From NCBI RefSeq assembly GCF_009834535.1, contig NC_045696.1, forward strand, positions 60,204,001 through 60,268,000: 64,000 bases of DNA. The letters run 5' to 3'. Each line of letters opens with the position of its first letter. Position 1 is the first letter of the stretch. The stretch is from Camelus ferus (taxonomy: Eukaryota). A program made the translations under genes and the position numbers. Positions 13,855 to 25,967 of this stretch are shown here, piece after piece. The notes beneath the pieces were generated by a model, which did no database searches, had not been told where the DNA came from, and saw only the letters and a program-made list of their open reading frames with translations.

Positions 13855-14015
13855 CTCTGAAGAGCCGCCTCTGAGACCCCAAGAGCTGGCAGAGCTCAGC
13901 AGAGGACCTGCAGGAGTTGACACATCTCTGCATCCCGTCGACCAGGTCAAACAGCGTCACATTGGAGGCCAGGGAAAAGGTGGCTTGCAGTGACATCACC
14001 ACCACACTGAACTCC
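13855..14015 (-). CDS. HEG1: HEG1 exon 11 (161 bp)
   Basis: cctgtag|G GAG TTC AGT ... TTC AGA G|gtaaga; EFSVVVMSLQATFSLASNVTLFDLVDGMQRCVNSCRSSAELCQLLGSQRRLFR. Confidence 0.97.
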
Positions 14016-14263
14016 CTACAGGCAAAGTATGCAGGTTTTAATTGTCCTAAAATGATGTGTGGGCCCCAGGGCTTTTGGAAAATGAACATCCTCTGCATTC
14101 TCCAGTGAGGGTCTGGGGAGAGCATGAAGGTCCAGGGAACTTGGCCCTGGATTACTCTATGGCTCAGCCCAAACAGGGCCCAGTTTGGCTGCTATCACCC
14201 GTGCTAGAATATCCTCCCCTTTCTATGGACTGATTCACAAACAAATGTAACCCTGTTACTTAC

Positions 14264-14322
14264 CTAGAAGCATGAGCTGTGGATCGGGTGTAACCAGGCA
14301 ATGTTGAAAAACACATATTTAA
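14264..14322 (-). CDS. HEG1: HEG1 exon 10 (59 bp)
   Basis: ctttcag|TTA AAT ATG TGT ... TCT AG|gtaagt; LNMCFSTLPGYTRSTAHASR; this frame is not in the ORF track, found by reading. Confidence 0.96.
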
Positions 14323-14964
14323 CTGAAAGGAAGAATAGGTTTGTCGTTAACTGGGAGTCAGACAAAAGCCTTGAACCTAGAACCAATTTCCTATTTTCAG
14401 GATAAAATAGGCATTTTCCAGCCATCAAGTTATCAGCAGGCAGCTTTACACAGGATTGGTATCCCTTTTTTCGTTCCTTTCTGAAATGACTTTCTGCTCT
14501 TACTCTGTTGTTCCATGAGTACAAAGGGAGGGAGGCAGATAGTAAATCAGTGGGGGAAATCTTGGCAGGAAAAGATGTTCAGAATAGCACCCTTGGATGC
14601 AAAACATCTTCAAAGGAGCAGATCTCTTCTAAGACCTAGGGTTTCAAAAACCTCAGAGGCAACTGTTTATTTGGACTTTGCATAGTGAACAAGCCTCACT
14701 GAAAAGGCTGGGTTCCTTTCAGCCACCCCAGGTCTGGCAGGCCCTACACAGACCCCTCATAATCTACAATGAGTTGACCTAACTCAAAGATAGGTCCTCT
14801 TCAAAAAGGCTCTCCATGGGAAATTACATTACATGGGTCAAGATCCCTTTTGTTGAGAGCAAATTAAGAGCAACTCTCCCTGTGTTTGCCTTGTGCCCTT
14901 GGAAAGAGCAGAAAATCCCTCTGTGGCATGAAGTCCCATGCCTGCTTCCCCCTCCCCTATCCCG

Positions 14965-15007
<43 letters not shown>
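14965..15007. repeat. (CA)n microsatellite, about 21 units
   Basis: Direct reading. Confidence 0.97.
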
Positions 15008-15011
<4 letters not shown>

Positions 15012-15497
15012 GTAGGGGCTGTGGATTCCTTTTATGCAGCAGAGGGTCTCAATACCTTGACCAATGCAACCCACCTGTCTTCAAAGCAAGTGTGTCAGAC
15101 ACATCTCACCCTTCAAACATGGGATGCTGTCATGCCGTTTTGGCTTTGTATGACATTGCTTTACATTTATAAGGCAATGATTTATTATTATTATTAAACA
15201 TTTTTCCAAAAATGATACATTACACAACAGAATGGCATCTCAGGAAAGGCCACTTGAGTCACAGCCTAAATCTTCAGAACTTCTTGAGGGTGGAGGTATC
15301 ACATCACTAATAAATTACATGTTGCTACTGGGCAAAAATGAACCAATAAGTCACTGGCACCGTGTAACAGGGAGGACTGTACTTCTGCAGGAGGGTCTCA
15401 GCCCCTTTACTATCTTAGAAGGAAATACTGACCTACAGGACGACTAAGAGGCAGTTGTGATGGAGTGCCAAGAACACCAGATGTAGACATAAAACCC

Positions 15498-16065
15498 TGC
15501 CATATAGTAAAGAATCCGACCTTGCACAAAGAGAGGTCTGGCCCTTGGCTCCTGGGAGGCGTCTCTAAGCCTTTGGAATGTCCTGCCTTTGTTTACCTGG
15601 AGGCCCTGGGCCACTCCAGATAGTCTAACAGTGTGACTGATGGTGGGGGTTTTGGGTTACAGCCAGAGGAGCTGGAGACTGAGGTCAACCATATGGGCAG
15701 TTGACTATGTCTACATTTTGGCTCTAGACACCACGGCTCAGATGACCTCTCTGGTTAACAATACTCCATCATACACATCGTAGCTGAGAGGAGTTAACAC
15801 TGCCTGTGACCCCATGGGGAGTGGACTACGGGAAGCACTGAATTTGCCGCCCTCCTGGACTCTGCCTGATACATCTCGTTCCTTGGCTGATTGTAACCTG
15901 GATCTTTTCACTGTAATAAACCCTAACCACGAGAATAACAGCTCTCAGTGAGATCTGCGAGTCCTTCTAGTGCATTATCAAAACTGAGGGTTTCTTGGGG
16001 ATCCCCACACTCGCAATGTGTGTCAGAAGTGAGGGTGGTCTAGTGCACTGTTCCCTAACTTTGCA
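15498..16065 (+). mobile_element. Solo ERVL-type LTR (MER77/MER21 group)
   Basis: TG...CA ends, aataaa at ~15915, motifs gctggagactgaggtca and gtccttctagtgcattatcaaaactgaggg; family name from memory. Confidence 0.7.
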
Positions 16066-17030
16066 CCTGCTCTGTGTGAACTCAGGCAATGTCACCACTT
16101 CCAGAGAGCTCCCAGTTTTCCATCTGTAAAGATGTTGGCCCTACCTCTTACAGGAGTGAGGCATCTGGCAAAGTGCCTATCACAGAGTAGATGCTCAGCA
16201 GATACAGAAACAGAATTGGAATCTAAGTTTTACACAAATAAAATCCATGTTCCTATAAAATCCCATAGGTTTTGGCTAATATACTAATTCTTGCCCATAA
16301 AGAACAAGTAAAATTAAAATCACAAACCAATTAATCTCTAACACTTATTTTAATGACAAATTTCAATTTTCTGAGTACCAAATCTTAGACCCAGGTAGCA
16401 GCTGGGAGGCAAAGTTTACTCTCTAAGCTTCATTTCCACTGCTTCTTTCTTCCTCTCCATTCTTTTTCTTTCTTTCTTTCTTTTTACCCACTGACAAAAA
16501 GTAGACAAGGAGGCAAAGAAGAAGAATCAAAGGCCCCTAGATTATCTATTCAGTGAATTCTCAACCCTGGATAATAGGATTAACTGTTACACCTCTGGCA
16601 TTCCCTTAAGAAGAAAGCATCCTTCTCTCCAAGTTCCAAAACACAGACAGAAAAATTACACAGTATGTCAACAGCCGATGGGACAGTAGGATTTTCTGGG
16701 TCTTTCCTCTTTACCAGCAGCTCTTACTGGTGCCTGTCATCTAAATGGCTGTGACTGTGAGTCCGTACATGGAAAAGGAATGCCAGGGCACTGATAAGGC
16801 TGCACAGGAGGACACATTTGAAGAAACGCTTCTACCAGGACCACTAGTTCTCAGCACCTCCCTTCTACTTCTGAGAGTCCTTTAATTTTACCATAAAGCT
16901 CACCTTCCAAATATAATAGAAATGAACAGCCCAGGAGATACAGCTGATTCCCAGGAAAGGTTCCCAGTTCTGAATAATCTTTTCTAGAAAACAAAGGACT
17001 AGCAGGAAGATGCGTTTCAGGAAAACCTAC

Positions 17031-17134
17031 CGTTTTGGTGATCTCATTTTCAACTTCACGGAGGTCTGAATGTTTTTCCACGGTGGTATTAAGAAACGTT
17101 CTCTTTATTTTAAACTCTGTCACGAAGGTCCTAA
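17031..17134 (-). CDS. HEG1: HEG1 exon 9 (104 bp)
   Basis: ttttcag|TT AGG ACC ... AAA ACG|gtaggt; VRTFVTEFKIKRTFLNTTVEKHSDLREVENEITKT. Confidence 0.97.
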
Positions 17135-19349
17135 CTGAAAACAAAAACAACCTGTTAGACCTCACAAGGTCGACCTACGCAAGGCTGAGTGTAAATCTCT
17201 GGGGCACTCAGCTTTCCTCCCCCTCCTGGCACTTCCTTCTTCTTGAGGGTGGAGACCACCTCCGGGCTCCTCCAGCAAAGTGAGCACCCAGTGAGCTGAG
17301 CTGAAGGCTCCGATCAAGCACCCTTTGCGGGAGAGGCTCCAAGGAGCCTTCTGTGTATGTGCAAGGGCTCTGGGAGAGTGCCTGACCTCTCTCCCATGGC
17401 CTCCCACGCCTCAGATGTCCAGTGAAGCTGTGACAGAAAAGAGAGCTGAGCTGGCCTAAAGAATGTACTCCCAGGAGAAGGAGAGGGAAATGTGGGGCTA
17501 GAAAGACAAATGCTCATTGGCCCCTAGAAAGCTTCAGATGGAGGACAGCGCTTGCTGTCTAGTTCTTTTACCAAGAGAGCGAGTCCTCACTTTCAAGGGC
17601 GTGCTCTGGGTTCCCCTTCTCATTAAGGCTGCGTCCCATCTAACCTCCATTCTTCTTGCTCAGAGGAAATGCCTGCTCTGTCATTGACAAAGGAGGCTTC
17701 TAGAAGCCAGGTTCCTCCACAAATCATCCAGCTCCCAAGGGTCAAGATTAACATTTAACATCACGTGTGTCCATCTTCTAAGTTCTTCCTTCCCCCCTAT
17801 ACCCTCAGCCCCCCGAGGAATCTGATATTCTAAGGACCACCAAGGGGCTACAGAGAAAGGTGCCAAACATCTGTAGGGGGCCCCCACTCCAGGGGGCTGC
17901 CAGACTCCACAATAACAAGCCATATGATGAAGACAACCCATATTCAAGATACTGTTGGGTTCAGACATGAAAGAAAGTAGCCCCATTTTTGAGGCCCATT
18001 TCAATCATAAAATAAAATTCTAGTTAATATCAGTTTATGCTGATTGGGCCTGAGGGGAATGGAACTTACAAATGGGCAGGAAATCAAAAATTAGGAAAGC
18101 CTGCTTTATATCTGGGTCTTATCTTCCTTTAGGTTAAATTCTTATCTTTCCCTCTAGACAAGGAAAAAAAAAAACAACCCAAACACAGAAACCAATGAAG
18201 CTGCTCTTTCATAGAAAGCCCGGCTGAATTAAGAAAAAGGCCCACAAATGAGCCAGGGAAAACATTTAACATCTTATACTTACTGTCTAAAGCCCTTAAT
18301 CCTTATTTAACATCTTTTTGCTTGTTCTACAGTTCAGTGAAGCCAGCTGCTCAGGACTCTTTCTGAGCAGCAGGGAGCTCTTTGAAAATATTCTTGGCCA
18401 AATGAAAGCATTTCAGCATGCTCTAATTTGCATGTTCCTCTGATGTTTATGAACAATGAAGCTAAATGACTTGCAAAGGGAAAGATGATTGTTAACACAA
18501 TAAACGGCTCTCCTCCTGATCCATGGTGCCTGTGGGACACTCCACACACAGGCTTCCAGAACAGCCCCCTACGTGTTTGGCCTCACATCTCACAGGTCCA
18601 GGTATGTACCCAGACTCCCTGTGCAGAACATACATGTTGTAAACGTCAAGTACACACATCTCTTCTGAATCAGGACAGTGAATGTGGCCCCTGCACTCAG
18701 TGTGAATATAAATAAGACACCACGGTGCCCTCCCAGCCCTGCCCTCTCCCACGCATAGTCACATCCTCATGCTGCAGTTACATCATCAGGCTTTAAGGCA
18801 ATTTTAAACTGCTGAATTACACAGGTTATCTAAATGATTTTTTTTGAAGATCCATAATTATTACTTTGCAATCAGAGTAGGTTTATCGTTTTCACTGCTT
18901 TCAGTTCTGGTCCTAGAGGTGAGAACCCTACCATTTCCCAAGCTTGCCCAAATCCAGGATTTTATTTGATCTTCACAATAATCCTGAGTGGGAAGCAGAG
19001 AAGGTGGTAATCTGATTTCACACAGGAGGAAACCGAGGCTTGGGGGCCCAGGTGCTGTAGGCGCTGGCCCTGGAGCTGGAAGCCTGGCACTTGGGTTCCT
19101 GGGCAAGTGTACTTTTCACATTGCTTCCAAATAAAATCATTTCCATTGTCTCCATTCTTAAACGGAAAACTCCTGGCTTATTCCTTACAGGGTGTAACTA
19201 AATGCAATTAACTATTAGAGTATGAAGACTTCTTGACTTTGACTGATGTATATATTCCCAAATCTTCCTCTCTTAAATTTGATCCTTGTATTTGAAACAA
19301 TTTTCAAAATTCTACCACTACTTTGCTAGGGTACCAACCGTAGAAATAC

Positions 19350-19716
19350 ATCTCTAGGCCCCAGATGGCACCGTCCTGCCTGGGGTGTCCTGAAAGCCAA
19401 CTGAACCCTCACGGTCCTGTAGATGCTCCACTTGGTCAGCCAATCCCCAGCAGCGAAGCCAGCTCTGGGCTTTATACCTCTCTCCTGTTCCTCCATCTTT
19501 CTAAACAAGGTCCGAGATGCAACCCCAGCTAATCATGCCCTGTTCCTGCGTTGCTGCCTCTCCGCTCTATAAAACTTGCTCTTGCCCAAAGGTGCTCAGG
19601 GAGAGGGCTCCACTGGTTGTGAGAGCTGTACTCCCCTGGCCCATGGAGTGTTTTCCCTTGAATAAAGGACATCAGACTCATTACCAAATTGCTTTAGTTA
19701 GTTTTGTCATTTGACA
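19350..19716 (+). mobile_element. Probable LTR remnant (5' boundary uncertain)
   Basis: CCAAT (~19440), TATAAAA (19568), AATAAA (19661) and terminal tttgaca in LTR order. Confidence 0.5.
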
Positions 19717-20449
19717 CCAGCTTCTTAAAAATTCTGATGATTCCCCTCAGCCTATGGGCAATAGGGAGTCATGCAAATAACACTTGCAAAGGACACAGAC
19801 ACTAGTTCTTTCAAAAAAATATTCACCAAGCACTTTTTCTGTGTTAAGTATCACACTGGGCAATTTTAGGTGATTCCAAATTGAGTTACTGTACCCACCA
19901 GCTCCCTTAACCAGCTTAGATAACTCTGCGTTCCTCATTTCTAATTTCTTCCTCAAGTTCTGCATTGAACTCAGCACCCTGACACACCAGGCACAGGGAA
20001 TATACCCTGTGTGCAAGAAAGCTCCTCTGAAGAACACGTCACTATGTGATGGAGAAACGGCGGGCCGCAAACCTGGCCTCTCGCCAAGCAGCTGTATAAG
20101 CTGGGCCATTGAGCACCCTGTCAAAGCCTTGGTTTTCATTTGGTTTGCTTTTTGCTTTTCAACCTGTAAAATGGAGATTATATCTAAAACCAACCAGCTT
20201 CATGAATCTATTAAATCAGGGAACAAAACATAACAAACTGCACGGTACAATGATGGCAAGAGCTTTGTAAAAATGTATCAGCCTGTGGACAAGAACATGA
20301 AGACTGTTTTTCCTTCTGGTTTTATTGAAGATCATTTTTAAAAATAAAAACAGTGTGTGAATGTGATAGGATAATCAGGGTTTTTATTTTCTTTTTTCTC
20401 TCTCTAAAATGTTTTTTTTTAACTCATTGGTTAGAACTATCCTTTTGAA

Positions 20450-20592
20450 GGGGGAAGGTACAGCTCAAGCGGCAGAGCGCATGCTTAGCTGCATGTGTCC
20501 TGGGTTCAATCTCCAGTACCTCCTCTAAAAAATAAATAAATAAGCAAACCTAACTACCTCCTCAAAAAATAATATAATTAAATAAAAAGAAA
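20450..20592 (+). mobile_element. tRNA-derived SINE (camelid Vic-1-like)
   Basis: gggggaaggtacagctcaagcggcagagcgcatgcttagc...ctgggttcaatctccagtacctcc with A/B boxes, A-rich tail, partial TSD tatcctttt. Confidence 0.88.
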
Positions 20593-20978
20593 ATAATATC
20601 CTTTTAATATTTTTTCTTCCTAACTGTGGGATGGGATGGTTGAACAAATAATGTTACTGCGTAAATGATGGTATATTTATGCAGTCACTACACAGTTTGT
20701 ATAGTATTTTTAATAACCTGACAAAATGTTTAAGATATAGAGTTTGTACAAATACCACATGACTTCCACTATATGAAAAATACACTAAAAAAGATTGCAA
20801 ATAAGGTGCTATATCTCTGAGTGGTAGAATAATAGGCAGCGTCTTTTACTCCTTCTGTATTCCTTAAATTTACACCTTGGACAAATATTGATTTTGATTA
20901 AAGAGAAAACCAGTAAATGTTATTTTGCAAAATACATTGTGACACAGACAAAATTCCAAGATAGATGAATTCTCTTAC

Positions 20979-21098
20979 CCAAATTGCATATCCCTTTTTC
21001 CAGCTGATACCCCACTGGGCATCTGCAGGTGAAGGATCCCTGAGTATTGTTGCACACGGCCAGGGGTGGGCAGGGGTTCGAGAGGCACTCATTCACGT
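20979..21098 (-). CDS. HEG1: HEG1 exon 8, calcium-binding EGF-like domain 2 (120 bp)
   Basis: ttgcag|AC GTG AAT GAG ... AAT TTG G|gtaaga; [40 protein letters not shown]. Confidence 0.98.
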
Positions 21099-21735
21099 CT
21101 GCAAGGAGAGAACACAAGGCCACGCTGAATCGGCAGCAGATGGCAAAGCCATAATTTAGTAAAAGGGGCACTTGCTAAGGGCCAAATGGCACCAGGGTTG
21201 GTAGGGCCCCGAGACTAGTGGACATGACCCTTGTTCTCAAGAAACTACCAGTCTACTGAGGATGGGGGCAGGCAAGGATACAGGTAACTACAAATACAGG
21301 GCAAGATTTGAAAGCACAGAGAAAGCAGCGATTTGGATGGAAGGGAGAATTAAGTACTGTTTCAAATAACATCTGGACTAAGACCGGAGGGATTTTAATA
21401 GCAGATGTGGGTGGGGAAGATTCTAGGCTGAGGCACCAGCACAGTGAAGGCCAGGAGCAGGAAAGGGGGTGGGTAAGGAGGCGGTGGGTTTTGGGGATGG
21501 CCAAGTGGTCTCGTGTGGCCAGAGTGTAGGGGACCCACAGAAGGGAGCCAGGTCTTGAAGGCCTGTCAATGTCACAGTCTGACATTACTCTGCAGACAGC
21601 ATGTACGCATTCTAACTTCCAAGTGAGCAGGGTATTAAAGATCTTACTCCCTACATTTTGGAGGAAGAAGGAGTTTACCGCCCATCTCAATGTGATACTG
21701 TACTGTAGACCATGGCAGGTTACGTTTCCTCTTAC

Positions 21736-21852
21736 CCACACTGCAGTCATCCCCTTGCCAGGAAGGTGAGCACAGACATCGGTACCCACGGCTGGTGGAG
21801 TCCATGATGCATTTCCCATCGTGAAGACAAGGGTTAGTGGCACAGCTGTTAA
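21736..21852 (-). CDS. HEG1: HEG1 exon 7, EGF-like domain 1 (117 bp)
   Basis: ttttcag|TT AAC AGC TGT ... AGT GTG G|gtaag; NSCATNPCLHDGKCIMDSTSRGYRCLCSPSWQGDDCSV, six cysteines. Confidence 0.98.
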
Positions 21853-23925
21853 CTGAAAACACATTTCAGGAATAAAGCAGTTAATTATACAGGAAAGGGA
21901 AAGGCAGCTCTAGGCAAATATTTAATCCTTCCAGCTAATATTTGATTCTTGCTTATTTCTGTTTACTTGCCCTGAAAGGCCACACTACTAAAATAGAATA
22001 GGTCTCTAGAGGTGCAGAAGAGATGCACTGGGACTGGATACGGCACTGGCTTGTGTACACACACACACGTGTTAGACGGTTGGATCTCCGAACACAAGAA
22101 CTGGTTCAAATCCAGATGCTTATAGGTCCCTCAGCTCGGGAATGAGGATTACATTGCCTTGTGATATGTAACAAATTCTACTTGAATCAGTATGAATTTA
22201 AGACACACATTAAGGGGGAAGTGGTTCGTGATCAACTATCCTCCCTGCTCCAAGTTTTCTTCTTTCCAAATCTCAAAATGTAACTGGACCTCCATATACC
22301 GTGCAGTCATTCAGAACAATGACTGGAGGTAGCACTTCGAAGCCCCCTCTTTAGCGGTGTGACAATGAGCCCATCTGATCATCCTGGCCCTAACTATGCA
22401 CAGGCTCCACTGTCACCCTGGACTCCTGGCTCCCAGGGGCAGTGACTGCAACTCCCTGTTTTGGTCTGTATAACCGGCATTATCATGCTGTGGTTATTAT
22501 AATACCTGCCTAATAAAGGTTTCTGACTCACACTTAGAAAAGCCAAAACCCACAACATTAAAAAAAATCATCTCCAAGGAGAAAAATCAGTGGCAGAATG
22601 AGAAAAAGAAGGTGTAAGTCAAGAGTCCTAACTCCAAAAGAGGAACCCTGAAGACAAATGGGCTAAATTTGAATGGTGTCCCTGTCCTTCATCACTACTT
22701 AAATATACCTAAGGTCACCTGTGTAAGCATAGCACCTATATATCCCAATGCTGCACCCACAGACAGTCACAAAAGACTTAACACCTCCAGTAAGGATGCT
22801 CCTAATACTCGCCTATAGCTACCACTGCAATGGCTATAATCGGCTTTAATGGAGACTTGTGAATTATATTCCACCAGGTATTGGAATGTATTTGCCTTCT
22901 GGATATGAAGGCTGTGAGTCCTGAAGCTGGGACCCCAAATTTGCCAGAAGTTGCCTCCCATTTCCCGGCAGTGCTCAGACCACTCGCACCCAGAGGGCAC
23001 TGATGCATCAGGGCTCTGCAGGGATGCTGTGGGCCTGGTCTATGGCTCTCCAGCCCCCAGACGGGTGATGGCTGCCTAATTGGAACTCTGCCTCCAACTG
23101 AGCTCCCCGCTCCAGCCACTACAAAGTATCTCTTTTTCCCTCTTTCCTTCAGTCTCCCTGTCACCCCTTTGCCAATACCAGTTTTCCTTTCCTGGGTCTG
23201 GACAAGCCAAATGTACAGTTTTGACCATGACATCAAAGAAGACAACATACTATTTCCTTCTCCCTTTTCTTAAGTGATAAAGAAGCATGTGGAGGGCTTT
23301 ATTTCCCTTGTCCCAGCAACTTCAACATGCATATAAAGATGTGTAACCTCACGTGCAAGGTCAAGAGCCCTGGTCACATGGTCACTATGGGAAAAGGTCA
23401 GTTCATCGTTCTCTCATGGAACACCTTCCCTTACCTGCATTTATCAGCCAGCATCATAATCTTAGGGAGGCCAAGGAGCCTGGGCTTCCCTGGATCAAGG
23501 TAAGTTTCCCTGGTGCCCGGGGAGCCGGCTGACTAACTCAGCGGCTCCGGGCTCTGACCTGGGAGCAGGCACCTACTCTCTCTCTGTCTCAGGCCACCTT
23601 GAGATTCTTGACTCCAGTTTTTCCACCCTTCAATCCCACATCACTACCCCACTTGGCCTTGTTAGCGATAAAGGCATGCCCGAAAAGTTCTTGCAGTGAC
23701 GGGGACATCACAAGCTACAGTACACATGGCAGGCGGCATTTTTTCCTCTTCCTTCAGGAAGCATTATGTTACTTAGGGGTGAGAAAACTGCCACTATGAG
23801 ATTCTTTTCTGTTTTAAGTGCTTCAACCGAAAGCATTTAAGCTCACAAAACAGATACAAGCCACCACCACACGTCAGTGTGAACCCAAGCCCAGAGCAAC
23901 TGTGTGCTTGTGTGACCTGTTCTAC

Positions 23926-25282
23926 CTGAGGCTGGAGATGGCGGTCCTGCGGGTGACTGGGTGTGGCTCTGAGTGGCGGAGGTGGTCAACTTAGGAGTCA
24001 CCACTTCTACCGTAGAAACGTGTGTGGTCTGAGGAGATGTTCTCAGGAAATATGAAGCTGGGCTATACTCTTCTGTAAGGCCAAGCTCTAGTGGTCAATT
24101 CTTCTGCTGATGTGGGGGCGATGGTTACGGGGACTGATCTGGTGGTAGCATCTATGAGCACCTGGCTCCTCTCTGTGGTGACAGCACCTTCAGTTGAGAC
24201 TTGTACCACAAGAATTTCGGGACTGGTTGGTAGGAACTGTTTTCCAACCACCGTCTGTACTGCTGTGTGGCCACCCATCTGAGCTGCTGTGCTTGATGTG
24301 GGGCTGGGGCTGGGCACTGGGGGATGAGAGGCCTGGAGAGTGGTGGCTGCCACAGCTGGAGACATTTGGGCTAAACTGGTGCTTGTGGCTGGAAGGGTTT
24401 GTTCATTGGAGGCCTCTGTTAAGGCCGGGGCCAAGGGGAGCCCCAGAGTAGACCTCACTGTGACAGCTTCCGTAGCCTCCATGGGCAGAGCCTCCAGGTG
24501 TGGTGGCTTTGATTCCGTAATGATTTTCTCGAGGTATGGGCTGCTCTGGTTCTTAGGCTCTGCTGTTTGACTACTGGGGAGCACTTCCATGGACGATGCC
24601 ACTGTCGACATCTGAACCGAAGTCACAGGAGCATCCCTGGCCCTAGGCAGGACCAGGGTAGAAGATGTAGGTGGAAGGACTGTTTGTGAGACAGACGGCG
24701 AAGAAGGGGTGGATGCTGTCAGGGATACTGGTGAAGAGGCTGGTAAGGAAGACACACGTGTGGGCGCATCAGGTGTGGACTGCTGTGGATGAGAGGAGGC
24801 CCTGGCTGCTGTCAAGGCTGATGGGAATGCGTGGTAGGACTGTGACACGGAGGGCTGGAGTCCAGGCAGCCCTGACGAAGAGGGTGATGGGTCAGGTTTA
24901 GCATAAGCGTCCAGAGGAACCAGCGTGTTCCGTGGTTCACTAACAGTGGCTGTGTAGGACAGAAGGTTGGTTGTGCGCAGAACCAGTGACTCAGTGGAAG
25001 GCTGAGCAGATTCCCCTTCGTGGGATGAGACGTGACTTCTTTCAGTCTGAGCCTGAGAAGAGGAAGAAGAATCTAAATGTGAAGAGTTTGAGATCTTAAC
25101 AGCAAAGGTCGAACTCTCCCTCAGGTCAGAGGATGAGCTGTTGTCTGCAATGGACAATAGCGTCCGTTCTCCTTTGGTGAATGTAGCTGAAACATAGGTG
25201 TGGTCGGTGTGGTCAGTGTGGTCGCTGGAAGTCCTGTGTTCAACATCTGTGCCTCCCACCTGATCGTAGCCAATTCCAGTGA
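23926..25282 (-). CDS. HEG1: HEG1 exon 6, large Ser/Thr/Pro-rich mucin-like exon (1357 bp as written; +1 frameshift near 24090)
   Basis: tttgcag|TC ACT GGA ATT ... GCC TCA G|gtagaa; ORF 24063-25331 (TGIGYDQVGGTDVEHRTSSDHTDH...), HEG1-like sequence resumes in another frame (ELGLTEEYSPASYFLRTSPQTT...PAS). Confidence 0.95.
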
Positions 25283-25967
25283 CTGCAAAGGGAAAACCTA
25301 AAGTTAGGTCAACTAAACAAATACCTGCCAAACCTGCACTATGAGACAGACTTTTAGTCTCCTATCCATGAACGCTTGGGGGTGAAATGCTTTCTTTGGA
25401 GAGGTGGCTTTCAAAAGTGAGCACGCTTAATAGAGACAGTATTGGAAGACAGGAAGGGTCTGGGTCTACAGTGAGTAGACCTGCCCTCCTGTGAGAAGCA
25501 CAGAGGCAGCAATGCAAACGGTAATAAAAGCAAAGTGGGGCCAGGGGCTGAAAAATAAGGAACAGGACCAAATTCCTTTCACATGCCTTTTCTGATAAAA
25601 GCAAATTAGTATCTGAAAAGCTCTTAAGACCTCAAATAGAACAATTGTTATGCCTAAATGGAAAAAGGAAAACCCTCCCAACTTTCCATTCTGGATAATG
25701 AGATATTTCTTTCCCAGGAGATTGGCCTTAGCCACAACGTGGCTGGGCCCCTTCACTGCCAGCATCCTGGCAGACAACACCGCAAACGCCTGGGGCAAGT
25801 GTGTGGGAGGATGTGCGGGGGCGGTGGGGGAGCCCAGAAAGCTCTCCTCACAGACAGCTTGGAAGGCTTACGACTTTCTGGGCTGAGGGAGAACGCAAAT
25901 CATTCTGGGGCTGCAAGCAAACAGACACATGAGCTGAGGGAATGCAGACAGAGATCCTGCCCGTCAC

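Noticed and set aside
20450..20525. tRNA-like sequences here and at 30128, 41045 and 58900
   Set aside because: These are SINE heads with A-rich tails and TSDs, not tRNA genes
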